From positions 17,298,001-17,362,000 of the forward strand of contig JBHGNT010000009.1 of the NCBI GenBank assembly GCA_043228905.1: 64,000 nt of DNA. The letters run 5' to 3'. The stretch comes from Azolla caroliniana. Lineage: Eukaryota; Plantae; Polypodiophyta. A model generated the notes under the pieces. The model worked only from the letters and a program-made list of their open reading frames with translations, had not been told where the DNA came from and searched no databases. Positions 12,525-26,742 of this stretch are shown here, piece by piece (the stretch's first letter is position 1; each line of letters opens with the position of its first letter). Made by a program: the position numbers and the translations under genes.

Positions 12525-15500
12525 TCATCCAGGAAGCCATTCTAATTCAACTTGTACTTTTCCATTTCTCGAATCAGTCAACACATATTCATCAATGATG
12601 CGTTTGTTTCCCACAACATCTGCCAAGTTAATCTCCACATATCCTAACATCTCCTGCATTGAAGAAGTCTCTCAAATTATTCAAATTTTATATTGTTGCT
12701 GATTAATGCAAAGTAAAGTATTCAATTTTTAAACGTAACACTAGGTTAAAACAGATGGGGATTCAGAATTAGCCGAATATGTATTTTGAATTCTAAATGC
12801 AGCAGGGCAGAAAGATAGATATATTAATGTCTCTAAAAGACTGTCATGGCCTAGGAGACTTGACAAAATTTACAACGAATTTACATCAACACGTCAATGC
12901 TTGGTACCTTGTCATTGATACTACAATTCTTTCGTTCTGAGAACACTCATCATGAGTTATCCAAAATGGAAAGCTTGTCGGGACAATGACAATGTCATCT
13001 GATGATTGCTTTTATCGTATGATGATATTCACATCATGACTATGCACATCGAGGTAGTGATCCTGGTTGATCATGGCTATAGCTGTTATGAATCCTCATG
13101 CTGTGAATCCAAGTGAACTGGATATTTGCTTGTACTTCATCAGTGTCCCTAGTATTTGTGAGAAGGAAATCTAGTGAGGTTGCCGACCTTGGTTGATCAG
13201 TGCATGTGCAAACATCTCCCTTCAAGGGACCTTTATGTGTCTTCTTTATCTCTAGGAAGAAGAGAGCTTAAAATCTTTGATCATCATGCTTCACCCCTAC
13301 TCTTTCTAAACAGCCAATAATATCTTTCCTATGACATCATAATAGATTGCAATGACATACATAATGTTCAAAGTTTTCAATTTCTTAATAGCAAAGCTAG
13401 CAGGTAAAGGTCTTCTAAAGTTGATGTGTATATCAGCTGATCTGCACCCTCAGTAGATGAGATGATGACAGGTTACTTGAGAAGGATTACCAGGTTTACG
13501 AGAAGGAGCTATTGCGCTTTCCCAATGGAAACATTACCTCCTCGATATTGATTTTATTGTGCAAAATGATCAAAGCTTGCATCATTTTCCCACACAAGCA
13601 ACTTTGTCTAAAAAGCACATGCAACGGCCTAATTTATTGTCCATCTTTCATTTTCAAATTAGGCATGTCGATTGAAAAACGAAAGTTGCATTGTCACAAA
13701 AGCCACGCATGTCTGCAGTGACTATTGCCTACAATCACAATGTAAATGAAATGAAGAAATAAAACGATAAGGATGATGACTTGGCAAGGAATTGATCAAC
13801 TAGCTAACAGGCAGCATTATGAGCATTATAATCTAAGTGATAGGTTTCTTATAATGCATGAGAAACCACGTGGCCCAAAGCCAATGTTCAAACCTGCACA
13901 GGGATCACACAATGCGACAGTGAAAGCAGTTGGGATTATCCTTTATTAGCTAGCTGTGTGATCTGATGTTGAGAAACCATGTGGCCCAAAGCCTATGTTC
14001 AAACCTGCACAGGGATCACAATGCGACAGTGAAAGCAGTTGGGATTATCCATTATTAGCCAGCTGTGTGATCTGGTATTGAAATATACATGGCAAATTCA
14101 TAATTTGCCAAAGCGCTTATTGCAAGAAAAAGGCACCAGGATTGTTGCAGTGTTTGCTTAATCCCCCCGATAGAGGCATTGGAAAATATAGTTATCAACT
14201 TGATTTTTATATTGTGAGATCATGAGCAGGAAATGATGGTATATGAACTATCATATGTAGATTCAGTAAGCAGGCCCATTTTATTCTTGTCAGGAAGAAC
14301 AAAACGCTAAAACAAACAGCCAATATATTTATCTATAATATCTTTAAATATAATGGGATGTGCTTGACACAATTTTTTATTGGCCAGCTTTTCCACGTGA
14401 TGGTAAACATAAAAGCACATGGAAGATTTGTCAAAAAGTTTCCTACAGGCAAAAGGCACCAGGATTGTTGCAGCATTTGCAAATCCCAGATATAGACATG
14501 GGAAAATAAAGCTGTGAACTTGTTTTTCTTTATCTTCGGGGATCACAAACAGCGCATGATGGTATATGAACCATCATATGTAGATTCAGTAAGGAAGTCC
14601 ATTATATTTCTGTCAGGAAGAAGACAAATCTGAAACACATGATCCATATCATATCTACTTTAGTTAACAAACCCATTTTACTCCCATAAGGAAGAAGAAA
14701 GAGTTGAAAAACAGGGTGAAAAAAATTATATATAACATCTTTTAGTTTCATGGAATGTTTTGTCTATAGTCAAAGAAGAAGTTTTGGAAGGATTTATTTC
14801 AGAACATGGGTACTATCTTTTAAGATTTTCATCTTCTGTCCATTCATAGACTGGTGGACAGTCAAACGAAGCCAATTCAACTATTTGAGATTTTCATAGA
14901 CGCTATGTTTCAGAGCAGAAAACAAGTTGAGAACACTATTTTATCATTAGTTGAGTATGCATACACAAAACCAAGTCAAAAAGTAACTCCCTTTGAGATA
15001 CTGGGGGTAGGTCTGCAAGGACAAGAGTTTTGAAGCAAAGTAATGCCCAAGACACAGCTGAATCTTATAGGAAGGTTAAATTTGTCCTTGAAAGACAGAC
15101 GGTACAAAAGGATACAAGGATCAATACCATTGTGAATTTGTGTTTGTACTCATGGATTGTATACTCTTGTGCTTTGGAAAAGCAAGGTTAGAAAAATGAA
15201 AAGCAAGAATAGCTCATTTCCAAAACTGTGTCCATTTTTTGTGGAACATTTCAGATTCCAGAAATGATAAGTGATGAAATTCTTAGATTTTTTGTGGGTG
15301 ATGTACCTGAATTTTATATGATATGTAGTGCATTCCATAGAGGACTTTTGTGGACGATCTAACAGACGTTCACAATTTGAAGAACAACTCGGAGTTGAAG
15401 AATTGATGGAGTTCTTTTCCCAAATTGATTTTGCCACATAAAGAAAGAAAAATGACAGGGAAATTTCGTACTCATTATTTGTGGAGGTTAAAAGTTATTC

Positions 15501-18500
15501 AGCATGGATTCAAAGTGGATGGAAGACGCTAGATTAGCTGATTCACCTCCTCTCTTACAGCTTTATTTCAACCTCTTGTGATAACAATACTCGTGACTTA
15601 TCAGGCTTTTAATAAAGCCAACTTCTAGAGAATATACTTTGATTCTTAAAAGTTTCTCCATTTATTTGGTTTTTCCACAGAGAATCATTGCTATAGTGGT
15701 GACTTAACTTTAAGAATACCTTGTAAAGATCTTTAATGGTTTGTATCAAACAGTGTCCCTGTAGCACCAAACTGGTCAAAGATTGGACATTGGCCCAGTA
15801 GGCAGTCCACATTGTCATCCAGTGTTATTATCCAGAAACATATATATATTTCAGCTCAAATGGGCAAGATAATGTCACATGGCTAGTCTGAAACAGTCGA
15901 GGTCTAATGGTCCCTAGACCAAAGGAGCCACAGCAGGCAGGTGTAGGGTAGCAATTGGTTCTGAAGTGTGGTGCGGGTGAAGGTGTGTACATCCAATCAT
16001 GAAGTTGCAGCAGGCAGATGTAAAGTAGCTATTGGTTCTGATGTGTGCGTGTGAAGGTGTATGAAGTCGGTTTAGGTAAAGCTCTACATAAAACTACTTC
16101 AAAGATGAGTGGGCTAAGATTTGCTTTCTTTTTTATGGATGAGGCTCTTACTCAAGAAGCTTACTAGAATACTATGTATGAATGATTAGCAGTAATCAAG
16201 CCCAATGCGATCTAGAACCTAAGATCTCAGCCTTCTAAGCATAAGGTAATAGCTGTAGGGTGGAGTTACATAATCAAATACAAAGTTGATGGAACACTGG
16301 AGAAGATAGGACACATCTTGTGGCAAAGGGATATCGGCAAATGGCTTAGAGTGGATCTTGATGAGAACTTTTTCCCAAACAGCATCAATGAGCAGCATAT
16401 TCACCAGCTTCCCTGTAGCAACTGATCCACTGGGATAATTACATGGAAATCTGCAACATGGTCACATTATCCTCTAGAGAAGTTGAGTAAATTTTGGCTA
16501 CATTAACTTGTCACAGAGTTACGAACCCCTCCATTGACTGATACTCTTATTGGATGAGATAACCAAAGTTATTTCACTCAGAACTCTGTCGTCTATGCTC
16601 AAACCCAAACACCTTCAGATGAATACCATAATTTTCATGGGAGTATTCTGCAGCTTCAGTGACGAGGAACAAGGGGGGACAGATCTGAATGCGATTTTGT
16701 GTCCCAGAAAGATGAAACATCCCTGAGAATCAAAGGAGATATCTCCTGAAACTTTTCCCTGGGGCATTAAGAAATGTGTATCTCCTTCTTTGGAAGTTGG
16801 AATGCAGAATTGGGTGGTTAAGATTCAAATTTTGACATCCTTTCCATTACCGCCTTCCAGACCATTGTTTCCCTTGTTCCGAGCTATTTAGCTCCTATTC
16901 TTCATAAATCATTTCCAAAGTTCTAAATGAGAAATCCTGGGGCTTTAAATCTTCTAAGGTTGAGGCTTTAAATCCTCTAAGGTTGAGGATTTAAAATCAT
17001 ATAAATGTTTATATTTTACCATTTTCTGTATCGCATCCCCACCCTTTATTCCTCGCATTCCCAAATTTAGGTGAATCTAGCAACATCTTAACCAAATATG
17101 TCACACATAAGACTTCAGCTGCTCAGTTGCAACTATCTTCTATTGCTATCAGACCCACAAACATTTATAGTAACTGCCCCTATTTTGGGAAGTCTCAGCA
17201 AGAAACCAACACTAAGTTGGCCTATAAATAGATCACACTTCTCTACTCACTTCCTCTTCTAGATTTCAGCCATTTTATCTGCCTTCTGTATGTTAATTTA
17301 AGGAGCCCACCCAAGAGGCTTCTCACCCTGTCATAAGCTTCTCACAGCCTTGCACATTTCACTTTTCGTTTAGTACATGGTTCACTTCTGTTTAATAGAT
17401 GTAGATGGTATATAGCAGTTGACAACATTGTCTTCAAAACTCTTGAAATCACCAGTAAACATCTCCCCACTTGGAAGTTTTCAGTTATTTTACTAGTTCA
17501 GGTATTCTCTTTGATTTCAAACTGGCCAAATTGATGCATATTGTCTGTGATCCCATGTTTTGGGCCCCAACTCCCACCACCACCACACCCATACCCATAC
17601 CCATACCCACATACAGCCAAGTTCCTATCCACATACCCTCTACCTTTTCCCAAATGTATTTGAAAGTCCTGTTATTGGCATATGATTGGTGAAGAGGCTT
17701 CAATTTTACAAGCTTACTGATTTCAAATCAAACATAAACCTCAAAACATTATCCCTGAAGAACAGCAAAGTCAAATTCAATGAAAATAATAAGTTTATTA
17801 ACTACCTTCCAGTGAAATCCTATTCCCATGCTTTTGCTCATGACCTCTATTATGATTTTTTCAGTGAGTGGGGGTTCATCGCATGTGATTTCAAACCTCC
17901 CATCCGGCCATTTTGGGTCATGCATTTTCTTGAGAGGCTGCCAAATAAGACAAAGGTAAGAAAAATGTGAAATTTAAAGAGAACTAACACTGTAAGCTGA
18001 TCACCTTTGTTTTATATTCTTGGCCTCTGTAAACTATCTTGGCATACGGATTAGTATGATATTTTCCCTCCAGATCTTGTCCTTTATGTACAGTGATAAC
18101 TAATAAGCCTCCACCATGTTCAGCATCAACTTTCTCTTTTTCTTGCTCTTCCTCAATTAGATTCTCCTCCTCTTCTTTGAAAGGTCTATACAGAACCTCA
18201 ACACTGATTTGTCCACGTGACTTTTTATTTGAATCATCATTATCATCCATGTTCTTTCGCAAGTCGAGAGTCAGAGGTTTAGGTTCATCAGGCATCAGTG
18301 TAGCCAACGGTAATATTTGCATACCTAAAAAATCATGAGATGATACCTGTAGAACACCAAAAATACCAACTAAGAGACCTTCATTGCATTACTAACTTAA
18401 AAACTAAGAATAGGAGAGAATCCATACCTTTTCCCAGTCGTACACATGGAACTCCAAGACCTGAGAGCGTGGATCGTGAACTACAAGATTGAACGATTCA

Positions 18501-21500
18501 TTCCAATCTGGGTTTAAAGTATTCTTCTTAACTTGTGTCTTCTTTGAAGGAGTACCTCCACCAAGTGAAATCCTTACATATGGATCAGATTTTCCCATGA
18601 AATCTGCCCTCCTGAGGTTTCGCCCATTAAGTACTTTGACATGAAGCATTCCTACTGGTTTCTTGATCGCACTATACAGAAGGAAACGAGTAAAACAAAC
18701 AAGCAAACCGCATAAACTCTGTCAACTGCTACATGCCTCTTATCTTAAAACATGTAGGATTCTGGAGGAACCTAGATGTATGATTAAGAATCATATAAAA
18801 TTCTTACAGTGTGGAGTCATCTAAGATTGCAATCTCTAAAGTTTTGGGCCAAAGATAAAGGTTTGCTACTTCCTCCTTGATAAGATCCTACAAAGACATG
18901 TCCAATTTCGAATGATTTTAGCAACAAAAAAAACAATCATTCCCATAAAACCAACTCAGAGCGATAATCATTTTACGCACCTGCAGAAACCCATATAGCC
19001 CAGGAATTGCCATCACATCTCCTCCAAGCAGCTTCAAACCAAAGTCTATATGTGGCTGTCACAGACCAGTTAACAAACAATGCATAACTAAACCCCCAAT
19101 TAAAGTCAAGTGAAAGGGCATTTCGTTCATGAAGAATGATCTAATGAATATGAATCTCTGACCTTCTCCATCACAGAGAAAATCACTTTGGAAAAACATG
19201 GAAAGTTTGGAACCAGGGGCTTGAAGGTCAATCGAACGACGGAAAATACTTGCAAATCCACAAGCTGCCATAAAAGCACATACCATCAGATTAGAGTGTA
19301 CATTTCAGACAAACCTTTATAATTTTTCCAATTAGTACAAATACCAATAACAGGCTTCTTCATCTTATATAAACCTGAATTGTTGCTTTCAAACTGAATG
19401 CTTTCACAACCACAAGAATGTTTGGATTCCCAGCCCATTTTAAGGGTAGCTCAATCATCATTTCTGATTCTTGGGTGTCAAATGCTTTTACTCCTGCATG
19501 TTCAGAGAAGAAAACATGACGCCTAATTTTTATATGCCAACATAGTTAAAATTGAAATCAAGGAGTTTGTTGAAAGTCAGACTTAACCACCTTGTATCGT
19601 TGGTGGTAACGTGCCTAGTGTCAGGCATTCAAATTCAACAGAATCCATCTTAAATTTTTCGCAATATTCATTAATGATTGGTTTTGTTGTATCCCTGATT
19701 ATCTTGCAAATTGCCTAAAATATAGAATAGAATTACATTGATAAGAAAAAATATACATGGGAAAAATGGGCACCAACGATTCAAACATAGATCCACCTTG
19801 TCAAGGTATGGCCATAACTCACGTATAAACTTATTCATCCAGTCTACCTGCAGATAAAGAAGATCAAGTAACTCTGGTATTTCAAGTTACTCCAAACAAA
19901 CATATACTGAACAAGAATTACTCTGTCATAGTCTGGATTCTTAACCCACAATGGGATCTCTGGAAGGAGGTTTTGGAGTGTCTTCAAATCTAGTTCACCC
20001 AAAGGCCTTATAACAGGATCCTGATTCATTAACGCCAGGGTTAACAGAAATCAAACCATATAAAACGAAATGGATTTAAACATTACCAAATTTTCACGGT
20101 TTTTCCAGCACACATGCCCAACTTGAATATTTTATCATGCCCACTAGGAACACCAGTATAATATTTGGAAACTGGTGTGCAATAAATTATCCATTTAAAG
20201 GTCTTACAAACAAATCACTCTCCAATTTGTAATGCTAGCAGAAGGATCTAATACCAAGATGCCCTGACACTTAGAAAAGTATGCCAATCCAGCCCCAGCT
20301 TACAATTTTACATTAACATGATAATTTCCTAGAAAGATTTTGCCCATCTTTATGATATCCTCCTGATTATAAATGCATTCCTAATATTCTTTTACCTTTT
20401 ATGTACTCTATAATTTCCAACTTTTACATGCTGAAATCTTCAAATTAAGTCTTCAACCCAACAGAATAATCTCTAAGTGTGCTGATGAGTCATAAGGAAA
20501 TCTAACATCACAAAATAAAAGAATCTCTTATACGTCCCAAAGCATATAAAAATAAATAGTCAGATGTTTCATTGAAATGTAATCCTAAATAAAACATTTA
20601 ATTGAAAGTTTATAGCCAATAAATATTGTGCAGAATCCTGCATAGAAAAATCATGAATAGGCCTACTCTAACTTCATACTCAATAGGCAACATGGCCAGA
20701 TTGACACAACATATAGTCATTAAAGCATTATTCAAACTACAGAGCTAAGGTGCATATCTAAAATGATGCTATATACCATATATCCATGGTTTGACCTTGA
20801 TCATGAATGAGAACCAACTGTAAAGAAAGGTTGGAATAGAATAACCTTAAGGCTTAAGATCAAGAAATGTATATTCTCGATGCATTGAATCTATTCATGC
20901 ATTCAATCGTCTATATAAAGAATATCACAAACCAGTTCTATGGGAGGGCATAGTGTTCTCAAGAGCCTCGAAATCAACATGTAAGGATTCCGAATCTGAC
21001 AAGCAACTAGATTGAATGCTACACCCCACCCCTTAGGATCAGTGTGCGCATATTATAATCATAGATTGACACATGCGTGATATTCGTGATATTCTCCATG
21101 CGCAATATTCTCTATATTCGAGAATATGAAATGGCCCTAAGAATATTAAAAAACCATTCGTTTTGTAAAATAGATATAAAATATTTATTTATTTATTTAA
21201 ATAAATTTATTTTACCAAAAAAAGAACAATTATTCATTAATAAATTATAGTGTCAAGAGAGTTTATGAAACTTATTTTAATTAATCAATTTTTAAAAACC
21301 GAATATTTTTATATTTACTATACAAATATGATTAGTATAAACTTTGAATATATGATTAGTTTGAAGTACTATTTTTAATGTCAAAATAAAAATATCCATA
21401 AATTTTGAGGGAATAAAAAGTGAGAAATTAATGAGCTTTTATTTTATTTATTAAAAATAAAATAAATACTTATAATTTATAAGTTATACATTTATTATAA

Positions 21501-23973
21501 AAATTTAATAATGACAAATCCCCAAGTCTCTCTTTTATTATCCCTATTTATTGTTTAAGCTCCTTTTTTTTTATCCTAGAAAATTAAAAAAGACAATGTT
21601 TTTTTTGTTTTTTTTAAAGTTAAACGAATACTTGACCGCCCATTCGTATTCGTATTCGTTTGCATTCGAATGGGAAACCCGACGAATGCGAATATGTCAA
21701 TCTATGATTATAATATTGAAGATTATAAACTACAAACCCCATCAATTTCGAAAAAGAAGGAAAATACAAGCAGTCACATCCTGCAACTTGCATCTGATTG
21801 TTCGAATTCTTTTATGATTGAGAAGATTACTACTATATAACATGATACGTAACCAATCCAATTCTATCTTTGCATTATGGGTAGAACACGTTGAAGCGTA
21901 TGTAGATAATCTGCATTCTATTGAGAAGAAAGAGAGAAGCCTAGTATAAGTATCTTTAGTAGCAAATATGTTCTATAATATGATTGAACAGAAAACAGCT
22001 TGGGATTTTGTGACAAATTTCTTTGGAAGCATGATCAGTAAAAGACTAACAATAGTGTTAAGTCATGTGTTGATTGACATGACTTGATGATCATCGTGAT
22101 CAATGCAATTTATTCCTGTTCTTTCAAGATAGCATAAGAATTGAGCAGAACAAAGATTTTCCACATTGTAAAAAATACAAAGCATAGAAATACTAGACAA
22201 GTTGGTCCTCCTAATCCTAATGAATAAAACGTCAATATATAGTTTTGGTTGTCCTAGAGATGTATCTCAATGTTTTGGACAGCTTTTCTGCATGATTCTG
22301 ATGCCAGTTGGAACAAAAGATTCTAGAACATTATGCTTCATGGAGTAGGAAAGAACAAAAATTGATGCCAGCCTGAGTTGATTATCTTGGTTTGAAATGG
22401 TGCCTTTACTTGTGAAAACCAGAAAAATCATTTCATTGCTTTTGTAAGCAGAGAATCTCCTGTAATCGCATTGAATTACTATTCTTTTCAAGTCCAGGAA
22501 GCTCATTATAACATACCATTCTCTTCAAACTTCGAAGACAATAAAAAATATATATATTCTTTCAGTAAACTAGCATCAGAATCACGTAAGAAAACCAGTT
22601 CTCCTAATCCTAAAGAGTGAAACATAGATATACTGCTTTGGTTCAAGAGATGTGTCTCTATGCTTTGGATGGCTTTTCTATGTGATTCAAATGCTAGTGG
22701 AATAAAAACAACTCTGATACAAGGTGCTTCATGGACATGAAAAGAACAAAAATTGATGCCTGACTTTGATCATCTTGGTTTGAAATCATTTCATCGTTTT
22801 TGTGAACAGAGATGATTTTGTGATCACATTAGATTACTGTTCTTTCTGAGTCCAACAGGCTCATCATAACGTATCATTCCCTTGAAATTTCAAGGATGAT
22901 AATAAAATCTAACTATCGATCCATTTTTAAACCACGATCACAATTATGTGAGAAAGCTGATCCTCTCATAATCCTAGAAAACGAAGTGTAGATATACTAC
23001 TTTGTTCCTAGAGACTTGTCACTTTGTTTTGAATGGCTTTCCTTTATGATTCTGATGCTATTTTAACGAGAAAACTCCATAACAAGGTGTGCTTCACGGA
23101 CTTGAAATGAACAAGAATCAATGCCTTACGGATTTTATGTTCAGATGATGGCAAGTTAATGTGCCAATTCCTGTTTTTTTTCAAGTTCACCCAGAACCTT
23201 GATAGCGTAATGTTCTCTTTGAATTAATATCAAGTGTGCAAGATATAAAGATCTTCCTGAATAGTAAAGTGCCAACGCATAAAGATGGAACGCATTTCAG
23301 TTTATTCAAATAACCAAAATGATCAAGGGATGGAAAGTAATACGGTGGTTCCTGTTCTTTACCAAGTCCACCAAGCGCCTTTCATAGACAAGTTCATCAG
23401 AGCAAAAAAGAAAAGAGTTTCTTCCTGAATTCGTAAAGAGCCAAAGCGTAGAGATGTTTCTTCAGAACTATTTCTAATCTTTTTTGTGAAAATTCGAGAT
23501 GGTCATCAGGCGATGGCCACTTTCGCCTGTTATCTTCCACCAATAGACTTTCATATACAAGTTCATCAGACCTAAAAAGAAAGAGTGCATTCCAGGAAAG
23601 AGCCCAAGCATAGAGATGTTTCTTCGGAACTATTTGAAATCTTTTTAGAATACTCAAGATGATGATCGAGGCGATGGCCAGTTTTGTTTATTCTTTCCAA
23701 ATCCATGAAAGAGCCTTTCAAGCAATACTGGTGGAGAAAGGATAAACTTTACGAACATTTCATCCGAAATACGCAGGAAAATCAAGAAAACAGCAGGAAT
23801 ACAGAGAGACGAAGAAAGAACGCGGGAACGCGGGGAAAGAGAAAAGTAGAAGAAAGGTGCACCTTGACATCTGCAGGCTGCCAGTAGATGAAGAGGAAGT
23901 AGCCGATGATGAGGCCTAGGCAGAGGCCAAAGACGAAGCCGAAGGCACCGAAGAGAGAGCTGAAGAATCCCAT
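12525..23973 (-). CDS. SYT: Plant synaptotagmin, SYT1/2/3 type (TM-SMP-C2A-C2B), 535 aa. Exons: 23863-23973, 19922-20020, 19797-19847, 19591-19714, 19375-19493, 19163-19264, 18981-19055, 18808-18887, 18428-18671, 18005-18346, 17806-17937, 12525-12653
   Basis: All 11 introns are GT-AG. The exons total 1608 nt and stay in frame. Motifs: MGFFSSLFG..GLIIGYFLFIY (TM), PEIPLWVKNPDYDRVDWMNKF and LTLGTLPPTIQG (SMP), DFMGKSDPYV..YDWEK (C2A), DLEGKYHTNPY and C-terminal DSRNGKVQVELEW (C2B). Confidence 0.95.
13859..14625. repeat. Local duplications in the last SYT intron (2 x ~112 bp; 2 x ~175 bp)
   Basis: 'gagaaacca.gtggcccaaagcc' at ~13860 and ~13971. 'aaaaggcaccaggattgttgcag...gtagattcagtaag' at ~14127 and ~14451. 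Confidence 0.8.
16130..16640 (+). mobile_element. Copia RT/RNaseH relic inside the last SYT intron
   Basis: Degenerate IKYKVDGTLEK..HLVAKGY...D.DE.F motif at ~16270-16375. Confidence 0.6.
21060..21706. mobile_element. Non-autonomous hAT element (MITE) in SYT intron 1
   Basis: TIRs CATAGATTGAC / GTCAATCTATG. Perfect 8-bp TSD ATTATAAT at 21052-21059 and 21707-21714. AT-rich interior with subterminal 'atattc' repeats. Confidence 0.9.
22170..23700. repeat. Degenerate local duplications in SYT intron 1 (~3 x ~380 bp; 2 x ~175 bp)
   Basis: 'tcctaatcctaa...agagat.tgtc...atgattc..atgc' recurs near 22210, 22600 and 22970. 'tcata.acaagttcatcaga' occurs at ~23382 and ~23551. Confidence 0.65.
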
Positions 23974-23985
23974 GGAAGGAGGAAA

Positions 23986-24095
23986 AGGAGGTGGAGGTGG
24001 AGGTGGAGATGGCGATGGCGATGGCGATGGCGATGGCGATGCATGAAAAACGATGAGATAACAGACGCTCAAGCCAGGCTGAAAGGAATATGCTT

Positions 24096-24133
<38 letters not shown>
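23986..24133. repeat. Microsatellites in the SYT leader: (GGAGGT)n, (GGCGAT)5, (TG)n
   Basis: Directly visible in the sequence. Confidence 0.9.
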
Positions 24134-24136
<3 letters not shown>

Positions 24137-25741
24137 AGTGTGACGCCCATAGAACAAAAGTAAAAACTCTTTTTGTACATTTTGTTCATCGCCTACCCAA
24201 AGAAGAAAAAAGAAAAGGCTTCAAGAATCCCATGCACAATATATATATATATGTTGTTTTGGCACAATTTCACCTTGTGGAATGGAAGCCTCTTTTTACA
24301 CAAAGATAATGATATATTCAGACCAATGCTTTGCAAAATACTTCCGCAAACTATTAGCGGTAGTCGTTATAATCGACATAAACACTAGAGTTTTTTAACT
24401 ACACAAATGAGGATGTGACCCATCGATGAGGATGGTAATTAATTACCACTTTAACAAAGTCATGATTATAACTTATAAGTAAACGTGGCGCACGATGTCC
24501 CTAAACAAATAGTCACGAGGAGAAGAAAGCGGATTTAAATATCTCGCTCAAAAAGTATACGCTTCCATCGTTTGAAACTATGTGTAGGCATAATGCTTTG
24601 GGAATCTTTGGGGCACCAACATTAAGTACTTCCTTTTCTAAATAGAAGAACTTCATTTTTCATGGTCGGAAAAGAAAAAAGAAAAGGTTGTTTGCTATGG
24701 TCTTCTTCCCGACTCAATACTTCTCATGCGACATGTTACGAATTGTTTACATCTATTGTACCCTACTTTACCTTGGAACCTTTGCACCCTTCACCATAAA
24801 TCCACAATGAGGTGGATGTTGGAATATTAACTTCTTCTAATTGATGCCAATGTCACAAGTTTTCCATCCGATGATCCCTTTACATTTCATATGTCTCCAA
24901 TTGCATTGATGGACACATTAATGCCGTATGCTTTGAATGTTTTCAATCTATCATTTAAAATATATCCATTGTGGATTTCTAACTCACTTTGAGGTTACCT
25001 ACAACTAATACAATGGGTTTTGCTAAAAAAACTTAGTGTGTGTCATAAGTATGTTGTCATCATTCCAAATGACACAACTTGCGAGAAACATCTTGGCCCA
25101 TTGAAGAAGTTTGTAAGATATTTTAGAATGACAATGCCATATATGCATGGAAGAAGATATACTCATTCTCTATTGTTAGAACTTAGAATAGTGTGCATAA
25201 ATTGCATATCCTCAAAGACACAACATGCCAAACCATTTTATACGCATGCTTTCATTGAACTTGTACTCCTTTGTTTAGGAAAGCTAAAGCTTAGGATTTT
25301 TGCATAATTTGTAGGATTGGTTAGGCGCTTGTCATTTTGTGTATCTCGTCGATAAATTTCATGACATTCGCAATAGGTCAGGATTTGCAATAGGCATTCA
25401 TAACAACATTGGTGAGGACTTGAGATGAATAGAATAGTGCGGTCATTTCCCCTGCAATAGGCATTCATAACAACATTGGTGAGGACTTGAGATGAATAGA
25501 ATAGTGCGGTCATTTCCCCCTCCCATTAGTTGAGCGAGGGGCGTGAAAGAGATGTCATGTGGGATATTGAATGCAGGTGATGTGTATGAAAGGATGGCTA
25601 GAGACACATGTGAAAGTGTAAGATTAATAAGTGAGATATTTTATGAAGGATAGGATAGTCTAGGCAAGGCCTACCTGAGAAAGGTATCGAGTTTGTGTAT
25701 ATTTTAACTAATGGAGTATTTTCTTTTTTGGAAAAAAGAAA

Positions 25742-26742
25742 GGGAAAAGTACTAAGCATAGATTGAAATATTCGCATTCGTGGGGCCTACCCCACGAATC
25801 CATATGAATAGGAATAGGAATACATATAAATATATTCGGTTTTTTTTTTTTTGAGTTTTTTAAATAAAAAATAAAAAACAGTTTTTCTTCATTTGAGCAA
25901 GTGAACGAACAGCGAGCAGCGAGCGAGGAAGCCTCACCCTACTCTCTGTCCGCCCTCGCTTCCCTCTGCATCTTGTTCTCGGCCAGAAAATTAGGGTTTC
26001 GGCTGAAAACCCTAATTTCTGTCATAAACCTAATTTAGACATTAGTACTTTCTTTTGAGCCCACGTCCTCAACTCCCTCTCATGCTCTATTCTAATCCTA
26101 CATCCTGTTCTCACTGAAACCCTACGTCCTCAACTCACGCTCTCACTAAATTCCTAAGTTTAGTAGAAGCCCTAATTAATTGATTATTAACCAATTAATG
26201 TATTAGTAAACTAATTAATTATTATATTAGTGAGTTAATTAATTATTGATGTATTTGTGTATATACATATATGAGTGATATGTGTGTATACACATATATG
26301 TATATATCATATATGTATGTATGTATACATCTAAACAAATGGTTTTATAATATTCTTGGGGCCATTTTATATTCTCGAATATAGCGAATATTGCGGATAT
26401 AGAATACCACGAATATTACGCATGGATCAATCTATGGTGCCAGGATACCCCTGGAAGTTCATCTATTTACCAGAATGCCCCTGGAAGTTCCAAATTTACC
26501 AAACTACCCCTATGTACAAAAAACTACACTTTATAAAGTAATTATACACTCAAATCTACAAGCCCTATTTACCAAAGATGGAAGAAATGAACCCGAACTA
26601 GCCCTATTTATCAAAGATTTGAGTGTATAATTACTTTATAAAGTGTAATTTTTTGGACAAAGGGGTAGTTTGGTAAGTTTGGAACTTCCAGGGGCATTCT
26701 GGTAAATAAACGAACTTTCAAGGGTATCCTGGTACTTTTCCC
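25742..26742. mobile_element. Mutator-like foldback MITE, interrupted in its left TIR by a hAT MITE
   Basis: Termini GGGAAAAGTA.../...TACTTTTCCC with a 9-bp TSD AAAAAGAAA (25733-41, 26743-51). Near-identical to 39147-39459. Confidence 0.88.
25757..26436. mobile_element. hAT MITE nested in the Mutator MITE; related to 21060-21706 but in opposite orientation
   Basis: TIRs CATAGATTGA / TCAATCTATG. The flanks gtactaag and gtgccagg are degenerate copies of the host 8-mer gtaccagg. Confidence 0.85.
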
